DNA of 64,000 nucleotides, taken from Candidatus Omnitrophota bacterium. GTDB taxonomy: Bacteria; Omnitrophota; Gorgyraeia; Zapsychrales; Zapsychraceae. A model generated the notes under the pieces. The model did not search any database and was not told the origin of the DNA. It saw nothing but the letters and a program-made list of their open reading frames with translations. The stretch lies in the NCBI GenBank assembly GCA_015233195.1, contig JADFYE010000005.1, positions 12,122 to 76,121 of the forward strand, written 5' to 3'. How positions within the stretch are numbered: the first letter of the stretch is position 1; the number at the start of each line of letters is the position of its first letter. Positions 1 through 7,745 of this stretch are shown in pieces. A program made the position numbers and the translations under genes.

Positions 1-514
1 CCGTATTCCCTGCGATCAAAGCCGGTGCCATTTTCCAGGCAGTCATGATCATAGGATAATTCCAGGGAATAACTGCCGCGATCACACCGATCGGTTCACG
101 CTCGATCAAACTTCTAACCGGTGCCGGAATATCTAATTCTTTAGAACTTAGCCATTTTTCAACGCCTGCAAAAAAATCAAATGTTTCAGCTGCAGTAGGC
201 ACATCAATTAAATTAGCATGCTTAATCGTCTTACCCACATCCGCGCATTCCAAACGCGCTAATTCAAAAGCATTATCCCGAATAAGCTGGGAGATCTTTT
301 TCAAATACTCCCCACGCTGCTGGACAGATAACTTTGACCACTCCCCATTATCAAACTGCTCACGGGCACTATTAATCGCAGACTGCATATCAATCAAAGA
401 CGCAGAAGCGACTTTAGCAAACACCTCTCCGTTAGAAGGATTGATAGCATCAAACACCTTCCCGTCAGAAGCAGGAGTTAATTGACCATTAAAATATAAA
501 TTATATACTTTCAT
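1..514 (-). CDS. Aldehyde dehydrogenase family protein, N-terminal part (gene runs off the window start)
   Basis: Absent from the ORF track because truncated. Minus-strand translation from the ATG at 512-514 reads MKVYNLYFNGQLTPASDGKVFDAINPSNGEVFAKV...EREPIGVIAAVIPWNYPMIMTAWKMAPALIAGNT, carrying the ALDH-family PWNYP and K..PAL.AGN motifs. Confidence 0.8.
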   Translation of the reverse strand, partial: MKVYNLYFNGQLTPASDGKVFDAINPSNGEVFAKVASASLIDMQSAINSAREQFDNGEWSKLSVQQRGEYLKKISQLIRDNAFELARLECADVGKTIKHANLIDVPTAAETFDFFAGVEKWLSSKELDIPAPVRSLIEREPIGVIAAVIPWNYPMIMTAWKMAPALIAGNT

Positions 515-607
515 AAAAAGCCCCTCACCCTACTCTTTCCTAAAAGGTTGAAAAAGATTTTAAAAAGTTACAAGCGTTGCGCAAAACACATTAACTTTTT
601 AAAGCCA

Positions 608-1642
608 CTATTCAACCGCCACCCTCGTCCAAAGTTCAAACACCCTCGAACACGGCGCATACCATTTAGAAATCTTCGCAAAATCCCCTTTTAAGACCAT
701 CTTCTTCTGGGTCGTAGCAACGAACGGATCCAACTCCCTCTTAAACACAGCCCGCCAAACCACCTCAGGAGCTGACGTCATAAATTCCGCGTTAGCGTTA
801 TTACCGAGATTAACAATCTTCCCCTTATCAAACGTAAAACTAAAAACTTCGCCAGTCTCATCCAACTTAACTGCCAATTCCATATTCATGTTCGTCTGAC
901 TACCAAGCTGTTTCATTTTTTCATCCGCATTTACTATATCGACAATAGCCTGCATATGCTCACGCGAAAAAAATTTCTTTTTGTCATCCTGTGCCTTTGT
1001 GCAATCATCCTGAGCGTTAACGAAGGATCTCTTTTTAGATTCTTCAGGCGCTATTGCTCCTTCAGAATGACAGCCTTGCTTAAAAACTTTAGCAATAGCT
1101 TCCGTCTTAATTGCTTCTTCCAAATTCTGGATCCAGCAAAAACAATCGAATAATTCCGGGCCGACCGCTAATACACCATGATTACGCAATACAGCCAATC
1201 CCTTACCTTTTAATTCAGCCAACACAGGTGAAATATCCTGTACGGTCGGAGAATACTGCTCAATCGCCTTAACTTCACCTAAATATAATTTCGCTTCAAA
1301 TATCCGAGGCACAAAAACCGGCTGTTCAATAAAAAAACCATTAACATACGGCGTATGCGTATGAATAATAGCTTTAACATCAGGAAAATTCTTATAGATC
1401 GCAGTATGAAGCATCTTTTCAGACGTGACTTTACCAGATTCCAAAGGATTCCCGTCATTATCACAAACCAAAAGATCTTTATCAATTAATCGTCCCAAGC
1501 AAGTTTTAGTTGCAGTTAAAATAATCCGTTTATCATCAACCCGGACGCTGATATTTCCATTCAATGCGCTCGCCAAATCCTTATCCCAAAGTAATTTACC
1601 AATCTCGATAATCTCATTTTTTAATTTTTTTATATTGTCCAT
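608..1642 (-). CDS. Class II aldolase/adducin-family protein (MtnB/Ald2-like) fused to a C-terminal SCP2 sterol-carrier domain
   Basis: The N-terminal ~200 aa carry GNISVR...HTHTPY...HGVLAVG aldolase-II motifs. A low-complexity linker follows, then a ~100-aa SCP2-like fold (ELAVKLDETGEVFSFTFDKGKIVNLGN...MVLKGDFAKISKWY). The likely real start is ATG 1640-1642 (MDNIKK), with GAGG 8 nt upstream. The ORF-track start at 1660 is a TTG. Confidence 0.75.
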   Translation of the reverse strand: MDNIKKLKNEIIEIGKLLWDKDLASALNGNISVRVDDKRIILTATKTCLGRLIDKDLLVCDNDGNPLESGKVTSEKMLHTAIYKNFPDVKAIIHTHTPYVNGFFIEQPVFVPRIFEAKLYLGEVKAIEQYSPTVQDISPVLAELKGKGLAVLRNHGVLAVGPELFDCFCWIQNLEEAIKTEAIAKVFKQGCHSEGAIAPEESKKRSFVNAQDDCTKAQDDKKKFFSREHMQAIVDIVNADEKMKQLGSQTNMNMELAVKLDETGEVFSFTFDKGKIVNLGNNANAEFMTSAPEVVWRAVFKRELDPFVATTQKKMVLKGDFAKISKWYAPCSRVFELWTRVAVE

Positions 1643-1653
1643 GATTTTAACCT

Positions 1654-2130
1654 CTAACAATTTATTAAATCATAATTTGGCACAAAAGTTTTTGTTTTCG
1701 ATTGTGCAATTTGTATATTATTAAATTTTAATAAAATACTTTTATCCACGTTAACAGCCAATGGCTTCTCTCCCTCAAAAATATAAAACGGCACATTATG
1801 CTCTTTTGCTAAAATCTGCAATATCGTACCACCAACCAAAGTTTTAAGCTGATCATTTACTTTCCCATGTCCCGATACCCAAACCTCTTTTACACAACCA
1901 TGCCCAAACAAAAACCCTGCCATATTATCCGCGATAACCGTAGGTGTTATTCCATGATGCAACAACTTCCGACACGTATGCTGACACGAAGTCAGATCCG
2001 GACGACCTTCTAAAACAAACACCTCGACAGCATCTTTTTTAAAGTGATCAAAAAAATTTTTACCAAAAAACCCGTGGAGCAAAACCACGCGTTTCTGTAA
2101 TTTTTCAACTATTGGATTGGCTAATTTCAT
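1654..2130 (-). CDS. Short eIF-2B/MtnA-family paralog (Rossmann-like C-terminal half only, catalytic motif degenerate)
   Basis: 158 aa that align to the C-terminal half of the adjacent MtnA-like protein (EGRPDLTSCQ...TVIADNMAGFLF...VWVSGHGKV...NVPFYIF versus ETRPYFQG...TLIADNAVGNVM...VIVGSDRNC...NIPFYVL). The ATG overlaps the upstream stop (ATGA). Confidence 0.5.
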   Translation of the reverse strand: MKLANPIVEKLQKRVVLLHGFFGKNFFDHFKKDAVEVFVLEGRPDLTSCQHTCRKLLHHGITPTVIADNMAGFLFGHGCVKEVWVSGHGKVNDQLKTLVGGTILQILAKEHNVPFYIFEGEKPLAVNVDKSILLKFNNIQIAQSKTKTFVPNYDLINC

Positions 2131-3104
2131 TTCCGCCCCATTTCCAAAGCAATAGCTCCGCCGGTTACTAATTCATGCGGCACCACATCAAACCCGGGAT
2201 AGAATCCCCGCACGTACCCTTTAATAGCTTTCTTACCTTCATAACGCAATAATTCTTCTTCCGGTCTAATCTCAACTGGAATATCCGCAGCACTTGCCAC
2301 TTTACTTGACGGCTGAGTTAAAACATAAAACGGAATATTAAAATGTTTTGATAATACTGCGATCTGATATGTCCCGATCTTATTCGCAAAATCACCATTA
2401 GCGCAATTACGATCTGATCCGACTATCACCTTATTAACCATTTTATTCGCCATAACATTACCTACTGCATTATCTGCGATCAATGTCACATCAGCTCCTA
2501 CCTGACCTAATTCCCAAGCAGTTAATTTTGCGCCTTGAAAATACGGACGAGTTTCGGTAGCAAAAAATTTCACTTTTTTATTTTGAGCTAAACACATACC
2601 AGCAGCCATAGCTAATTCACCGCTGACATTGCAATGAGTTAAAACTGAATCGCCGTCTTTAATCACTTCAGAAATTCTTTTAACCCGATCCAAACGACTA
2701 TATCGAACCCCCTGCAAATAACTATTAATATTCTTAACCACAAACGTTTTTAAATCTTGATGCGATTCCAACGCGACCTTTGCCCAATTCACGACGATAG
2801 ATGTTACTTCAGCAAAAGGAAACGTCGGACGGCTTTTATTCAAAGCCTCAGCGATCTGCCCGATCTTTACATAAAGATCCCGATCTGAAAAATTTTTTCC
2901 TCGTTCAATCTCGACTAAAAAAATACTCAATATCACCAAAAATTGACCAAACGCGCGCGTCTTCATTTCCTTAATTACAGACACAGCTTCGTTCGTGTTT
3001 CCAACCGGAATATACTGAACTTTTTCCGGAATAGCAGTCTCGTCCAGTACATAAAGAACATCTTTATCTAAACGACAAGGCCAAAATAAAATTGAATCTT
3101 CCAT
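2127..3104 (-). CDS. mtnA: S-methyl-5-thioribose-1-phosphate isomerase-like protein (eIF-2B alpha/beta/delta family). A ribose-1,5-bisphosphate isomerase is the alternative.
   Basis: 325 aa with the family hallmarks LTHCNVSG...ATETRPYFQGAKLTAWEL...TLIADNAVG...VIVGSDRNCANGDFANKIGTYQIAV...IPFYV. Confidence 0.7.
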   Translation of the reverse strand: MEDSILFWPCRLDKDVLYVLDETAIPEKVQYIPVGNTNEAVSVIKEMKTRAFGQFLVILSIFLVEIERGKNFSDRDLYVKIGQIAEALNKSRPTFPFAEVTSIVVNWAKVALESHQDLKTFVVKNINSYLQGVRYSRLDRVKRISEVIKDGDSVLTHCNVSGELAMAAGMCLAQNKKVKFFATETRPYFQGAKLTAWELGQVGADVTLIADNAVGNVMANKMVNKVIVGSDRNCANGDFANKIGTYQIAVLSKHFNIPFYVLTQPSSKVASAADIPVEIRPEEELLRYEGKKAIKGYVRGFYPGFDVVPHELVTGGAIALEMGRK

Positions 3105-3107
3105 AAA

Positions 3108-3857
3108 TTAAATGCCTTTAATCATATTAAACGCAATATCTATCATAGCTGCTTCAGCCATGTAATAGCTTGGATTCATAAATCCCATTTCACCTGTAAT
3201 AACATTGTCGCTGACTGCCATAATCGCAACTGCCGGGATTTTATAATGATTCGCTATCGTCAAAAATGCAGAGGTAACCATATCCGCAGCAATCGCGCCT
3301 TTTGCAACTGCACCATTTATCACATCTTTAGTTTCCCGTAATAAAGCATCCGTTGTCCAGCAAGATCCCATATGAACTGCACCGACCATTGGACCAGCTT
3401 GTTTAGCAACTTCAGCTAACTTTACTGATAAATTTTTATCTGAGAACGGTATTACATCTTTACCTGCATAATACTGTGATAGACCTTCACCGCAGATAGC
3501 ACTTGTAACAACTATCAAATCACCGACTTTAATATCTTCGCGTAAAGCACCACAGCTTCCTACGCGAATCATCGCTTTGGTCGTAGCATTACAAACTATT
3601 TCAGTCGTAATACCAGTATCCGCAGAAAAACGTCCGCCATTGATGGTCGTAACTTTCTTACCATTAAATTCGCCGGTATACATGGTATATTCCATGAAAG
3701 AAAAATTCTTGACCGGATTATTAAGCTTTTTCATGACAGCTTCCATACGTTCTTTAGGACCAGGCACGATCACATATTCCCCAATATCACCCGGACGCAA
3801 TTGCACCATTCCCATTAAATCCCGACCAGTTAAATGTATTTCACGTTTCATTGTCAT
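3108..3857 (-). CDS. Purine nucleoside / 5'-methylthioadenosine phosphorylase (PNP/UDP-1 family, DeoD-like)
   Basis: 249 aa with the VIVPGPKER...RVGSCGAL...VGDLIVV pattern of hexameric PNP. GGAG lies 6 nt upstream of the ATG. Its stop is 3 nt from the mtnA-like start. Confidence 0.75.
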   Translation of the reverse strand: MTMKREIHLTGRDLMGMVQLRPGDIGEYVIVPGPKERMEAVMKKLNNPVKNFSFMEYTMYTGEFNGKKVTTINGGRFSADTGITTEIVCNATTKAMIRVGSCGALREDIKVGDLIVVTSAICGEGLSQYYAGKDVIPFSDKNLSVKLAEVAKQAGPMVGAVHMGSCWTTDALLRETKDVINGAVAKGAIAADMVTSAFLTIANHYKIPAVAIMAVSDNVITGEMGFMNPSYYMAEAAMIDIAFNMIKGI

Positions 3858-3878
3858 ATTAATCTCCTAAATGAGCAC

Positions 3879-3948
3879 ATCACTTATGGAACAACGTGAA
3901 CATAAGTGATCAGTGCGAATTTATCCCGTTTGCAAAGCAAATCGGGAT
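3879..3948 (-). promoter_or_regulatory. Two stable hairpins in the 100-nt spacer between the acyl-CoA ligase stop and the phosphorylase gene start
   Basis: A perfect 10-bp inverted repeat, ATCACTTATG (3879-3888) and CATAAGTGAT (3901-3910), with a 12-nt loop. A second hairpin, ATCCCGTTTGC-AAA-GCAAA(T)CGGGAT, lies at 3923-3948. Confidence 0.4.
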
Positions 3949-3957
3949 TTCAACTGG

Positions 3958-5451
3958 TTATAATTTTGTTTTATCAATTTTCCCCGTTCTATTCTTCGGT
4001 AATTCTTTCCTTACTTCAAAATTATGCGGCACTTTAAAATGCGCTAAATGTTCTTTCATAAATGCCCGAAGATCCTCGATCGCAACATTCTCACCTTCTT
4101 TAAATACCACAAACGCTTTAATAGTTTCTCCCCGTAATTTATCAGGAATTCCTATAACCGCGGCTTCCGCCACACTTGGATGTTTATATAACGCCGACTC
4201 CACTTCAGGCGCCATCACCAATTGACCGCCCACCTTGATCATTTCTTTTTTCCGTCCCATGATATATAAAAATCCGTTCTCATCAAAACGACCCAGATCG
4301 CCCGTATATAAACCGTCTTTTCGTTTAATCTCTGCAGTCAACTCAGGATCTTTGTAATATTCTTTCATGATATAATCGCCTGCAATCACAATCTCACCCA
4401 CAGCGCCTTGCGGCAATTCTTTTCCCTCATCGCTCACGATCCTGATCGTCGAAAAAGGCGACGGTTTCCCCACACTCGCGATATTATCGCTATTCTTCAA
4501 AGGCGTTACTGTATTAGGCGGACACGTTTCAGTCATGCCCCATCCGTTCAACAATACCGCATTCGGACAATATTGATGAAACCTTGCTAAAATTTCTGGC
4601 GAGCTTGGCGCGCCGAATACTACCACCCAGCGCAAAGACGACAAATCAAAATTTTCAATGTGTTTCAAAGTAAGAATCGCGTTATACATAGGCGGCACAA
4701 TATGAAAACATGTTACTTTAAACTGCTGAACCAATTCCAAAAACTGCATAGGATTAAAACGATCCATCAATACCAAAGTAATCCCAAATAAAAGCATATT
4801 TTGAATATAAATTAACCCAGCGATATGGCTCAAAGGTAAGGCACAAAGTTTGATATCTTTATCCGTTAGGTCAACAAAGTATTCCATTGCCTTAGGCGAG
4901 CCGTCTAAATGTTTATATGTCAATAAAATGCCTTTAGGTTTTCCAGTTGTCCCCGACGTATACATAATAAGCGCAGGATCGGAATCTTTAATTTCCACTG
5001 ATAATGCGACAGCAGAAGATTTTGCCATTAATTCGCCGTATTTCAGCGAGCCTTCAACATTTCCATCCAGCAAAATAATTTTTTTAAGTTTCGGCAATTG
5101 CTTACATACAGCATTCAAATCAACATCTGGTCGTCCCAACGCAATCAATACCTTGGCTTCCGAGTGGCTCAAACACGAAACCAGTTCATCTTCTTTCAAC
5201 ATAAAGTCCAGCGGCACGCCAACTCCACCCAAACAAAATACAGTCAGATAACTAAACACATACTGCGGACAATTAGGCAAATAAATACCAACAGCATCGC
5301 CTTTTCCAATCCCCTGTGTTCGTAACACATTGGTAAGCCTCAAAACCTGATCTTGTAACTGCGCAAAATTAATTACCTGATCTTTAAATATCAAAGCAGG
5401 TTTGGACGCGTATTTCTTTGCTTGTGCGGTTAAAATATCATTGATTTTCAT
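3958..5451 (-). CDS. AMP-dependent acyl-CoA synthetase/ligase (long-chain-fatty-acid--CoA ligase-like)
   Basis: 497 aa with the AMP-binding motif YTSGTTGKPKG and a C-terminal GRKKEMIKVGG...LPKNRTGKIDK. Confidence 0.85.
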   Translation of the reverse strand: MKINDILTAQAKKYASKPALIFKDQVINFAQLQDQVLRLTNVLRTQGIGKGDAVGIYLPNCPQYVFSYLTVFCLGGVGVPLDFMLKEDELVSCLSHSEAKVLIALGRPDVDLNAVCKQLPKLKKIILLDGNVEGSLKYGELMAKSSAVALSVEIKDSDPALIMYTSGTTGKPKGILLTYKHLDGSPKAMEYFVDLTDKDIKLCALPLSHIAGLIYIQNMLLFGITLVLMDRFNPMQFLELVQQFKVTCFHIVPPMYNAILTLKHIENFDLSSLRWVVVFGAPSSPEILARFHQYCPNAVLLNGWGMTETCPPNTVTPLKNSDNIASVGKPSPFSTIRIVSDEGKELPQGAVGEIVIAGDYIMKEYYKDPELTAEIKRKDGLYTGDLGRFDENGFLYIMGRKKEMIKVGGQLVMAPEVESALYKHPSVAEAAVIGIPDKLRGETIKAFVVFKEGENVAIEDLRAFMKEHLAHFKVPHNFEVRKELPKNRTGKIDKTKL

Positions 5452-5492
5452 ATTAAATCCATTTTTAATATCTTAATATCTGGAGACACAAA

Positions 5493-5518
5493 ACTTAATT
5501 CAAAAAACTGAATTAAGT
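5493..5518 (-). terminator. Weak hairpin plus U-rich tract in the acyl-CoA ligase leader (attenuator-like)
   Basis: The minus-strand RNA forms ACUUAAUUC-AGUUUUUU-GAAUUAAGU followed by UUUGUGUCUCC, about 45 nt upstream of the ligase ATG. The stem is 9 bp but AU-rich. Confidence 0.3.
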
Positions 5519-5759
5519 ATCATGTCCCCGCAGTTTAAAATGAACTGTTATAAAATGTGCAGATGCAAGGCATTCCCGAGAGAATGCGGAGGCGTACTTT
5601 GTATGTACGTCGCACAAACGAACGAGGGAATAACACAGCAGATGCATATTTTAGAACAGTTCAATGTAGTAAAATTTTAATAGTTAGATTTTAATGGGTA
5701 TAATTGATAAGTCAAGAAAAAATTCCAAAAGTAAGGTAATTATATATTAATATTAAACT

Positions 5760-7061
5760 TTATCTAAAACTTAGGTCAGTAGGCGCGCGGCCCAATTCCT
5801 GCAGTAAAATTTTGGCAGATTCAATCTGAGCATCTAAAGACTCATGTTGATGCGCCCTTCCAGGATAAATTTCATATAAAGGTCGTTTTTCCAAAGGTGT
5901 TACATTAAGCATCATTGAATTAGCTCCAGATAAAAACGCCAAACGGCGCGCAGTCATATCCAAAGTTTCAAGACCAGTAGTTACTAATATTTTTACATGA
6001 GGCAATAAAAAAAATCTGGCAGATGATAGAGTATGAATTATTTCATCAACTGTAGGTGCTGGATGTTTTGCTAACGGAGTATATGGATGAGGCAAAAACG
6101 GTCCCATACTTAACATTTCAACATTCAGCTCCCCTGCTAATTCTATATCACTACTTATATCAGCATGAGTCTGCCCAGGCAAACCTATCAAAGACCCAGT
6201 AATTATTAAATACCCCAATTCATTCGCAGTTTTCAGATCTTGTAATCGGTCTTCAAACTTTGAACCAGGATGCATCTTAGAATATAAATCTGAATTTGAA
6301 GTTTCAAACCGCAACAATAACCCCCTAGCACCTGCAGCGTATAAACGTTTTAAACCATCCGTACCAACTTCGCCAAAACTAATAAAAATTAAAACTCCAA
6401 AACGTTTTTTTATCTCAGCAACAAGGTCAATAAGCTCATCAATCGGACGACCACGGTCTTCACCGCTTTGCAATACCAGCGCTTTAAACCCATAAACCTC
6501 AACCGCAATTCGCACAGACTCCAATATCTCGTCTTTAGACATTCGATATCTGGTTAAACTAGTATTCAATGCCGAAATCCCACAATAATGACAAACCTGG
6601 TCACACTCATTGCCAATTTCGATTATCCCATGCACGCAGCAAGAATTACCGTGATACTGATGTCTCAAATGATGTGCCGCGTTTTTAATAAACTCACGTT
6701 CACCAGCATCTTTCGCAGATAATAAATATTCCAATTCCTCTCGCAATATCCGTCCACCTGCAGCAACTTTATCATACATATCCCGGACTTTTGTATATTT
6801 CGCTCCAGCCCAAGGCATTTGTTTTACGCTAGCATCGTCAATATCTTTTAACTCAAAAAAAAGATCTTTCCATGTCTCTAGAGTTGTTTCAGCCTCTTTC
6901 TGACTTACCCGAGTTATAACAAAACCACCTTGTGCATATACATAATCGCCCACGCTTAATCCAGTTAACTCATTAATGGCTTTCTTCTCTTCGCCAAAAT
7001 AATCAACCAAAGCAAATTTACCTTCAAATGCTTTAACTTTTCCAGGAATAGCGTAACACAT
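5760..7061 (-). CDS. Fusion protein: N-terminal HypC/HupF-like [NiFe] hydrogenase maturation domain plus radical SAM domain (HydE/BioB/PylB-like)
   Basis: The N-terminus MCYAIPGKVKAF...VGDYVYAQGGFVITRVSQKEAETTLETWKDL is HypC-like, including the essential Cys2. Then come a CxxxCxxC cluster (CDQVCHYCG), LVLQSGED, ETSNSDLYSKMHPGSKFEDRL and GSLIGLPGQT, as in HydE/BioB-type radical SAM enzymes. GGAG lies 7 nt upstream of the ATG. Confidence 0.75.
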   Translation of the reverse strand: MCYAIPGKVKAFEGKFALVDYFGEEKKAINELTGLSVGDYVYAQGGFVITRVSQKEAETTLETWKDLFFELKDIDDASVKQMPWAGAKYTKVRDMYDKVAAGGRILREELEYLLSAKDAGEREFIKNAAHHLRHQYHGNSCCVHGIIEIGNECDQVCHYCGISALNTSLTRYRMSKDEILESVRIAVEVYGFKALVLQSGEDRGRPIDELIDLVAEIKKRFGVLIFISFGEVGTDGLKRLYAAGARGLLLRFETSNSDLYSKMHPGSKFEDRLQDLKTANELGYLIITGSLIGLPGQTHADISSDIELAGELNVEMLSMGPFLPHPYTPLAKHPAPTVDEIIHTLSSARFFLLPHVKILVTTGLETLDMTARRLAFLSGANSMMLNVTPLEKRPLYEIYPGRAHQHESLDAQIESAKILLQELGRAPTDLSFR

Positions 7062-7078
7062 TTAATGCTCCAGAATTA

Positions 7079-7414
7079 TTATACGATCTCTGTGATAAAA
7101 AATTCTTTTCCAGAAGGGAGTAGCGTGCCAAGCTTACGGCACTGAGGACACTGAAGATCAGAACCTTTTTTAGGATATTGAATATTACACGTCTTGCATT
7201 CTAGCAAAGCAGGCTTGAATTTCACTTCTAAAACAGTATTAGATAACACAGTATCAGCTATCATTTGTTCCCAATATAATCTGATACATCCCTCATCAAA
7301 ACCTAGCAATTCTCCTACGATCAAAACCGCTTTTTTAGGGTGTGGAATATTTTTATCTTTGACCGCTGCTAAAGCTTCAGCTACGACTTTCTGGACTTGA
7401 TGAACCTCATGCAT
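7079..7414 (-). CDS. hypA: Hydrogenase nickel-insertion protein HypA
   Basis: Starts MHEVHQV... and has two CxxC pairs (CKTC...CPQC). The ATG overlaps the echF stop by 8 nt. Confidence 0.8.
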   Translation of the reverse strand: MHEVHQVQKVVAEALAAVKDKNIPHPKKAVLIVGELLGFDEGCIRLYWEQMIADTVLSNTVLEVKFKPALLECKTCNIQYPKKGSDLQCPQCRKLGTLLPSGKEFFITEIV

Positions 7415-7742
7415 GGAACACGTCCTTATACCGTTTTTCAGAACAAGCAGCATATTTAGTATCCAGCACTAAACATTTTTTCGGACAAATTTCTACACAA
7501 GCATTACAGGATACACAACGCAGCCGGTCGATCTCCCAGCCTTTTTGTTCTTTAGTTACTACTATCGCTGCTGTCGGACATTTACGTTGACATAAGCCGC
7601 AGAAAATACATTTATCAATCTCGATTAAAACTTTACCACGAGTGCCAACAAAATATTTTTTCTCAACAAAAGGATATCTTTCAGTAACTGGACGACTGAA
7701 AAGATTGGATAACACTGATTTTGCCATTACTAATAATTTCAT
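7407..7742 (-). CDS. echF: Ech hydrogenase subunit F (2x[4Fe-4S] ferredoxin, NuoI-like)
   Basis: 111 aa with two CxxCxxCxxxCP motifs (CIFCGLCQRKCP, CVSCNACVEICP). Confidence 0.8.
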   Translation of the reverse strand: MKLLVMAKSVLSNLFSRPVTERYPFVEKKYFVGTRGKVLIEIDKCIFCGLCQRKCPTAAIVVTKEQKGWEIDRLRCVSCNACVEICPKKCLVLDTKYAACSEKRYKDVFHA

Positions 7743-7745
7743 ATA

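Noticed and set aside
956-1724. Several short plus- and minus-strand ORFs from the ORF track (956-1153 +, 1279-1485 -, 1425-1724 +) overlapping the aldolase-SCP2 gene
   Set aside because: They are embedded inside or antisense to a well-supported CDS and have low-complexity, hydrophobic translations typical of antisense frames in AT-rich DNA.
5540-5680. Plus-strand Cys-rich 46-aa ORF (MNCYKMCRCKAF...) in the ligase leader
   Set aside because: It has no Shine-Dalgarno sequence and runs opposite to every neighbouring gene. The Cys codons coincide with the GC-rich structured patch. It is more likely non-coding.
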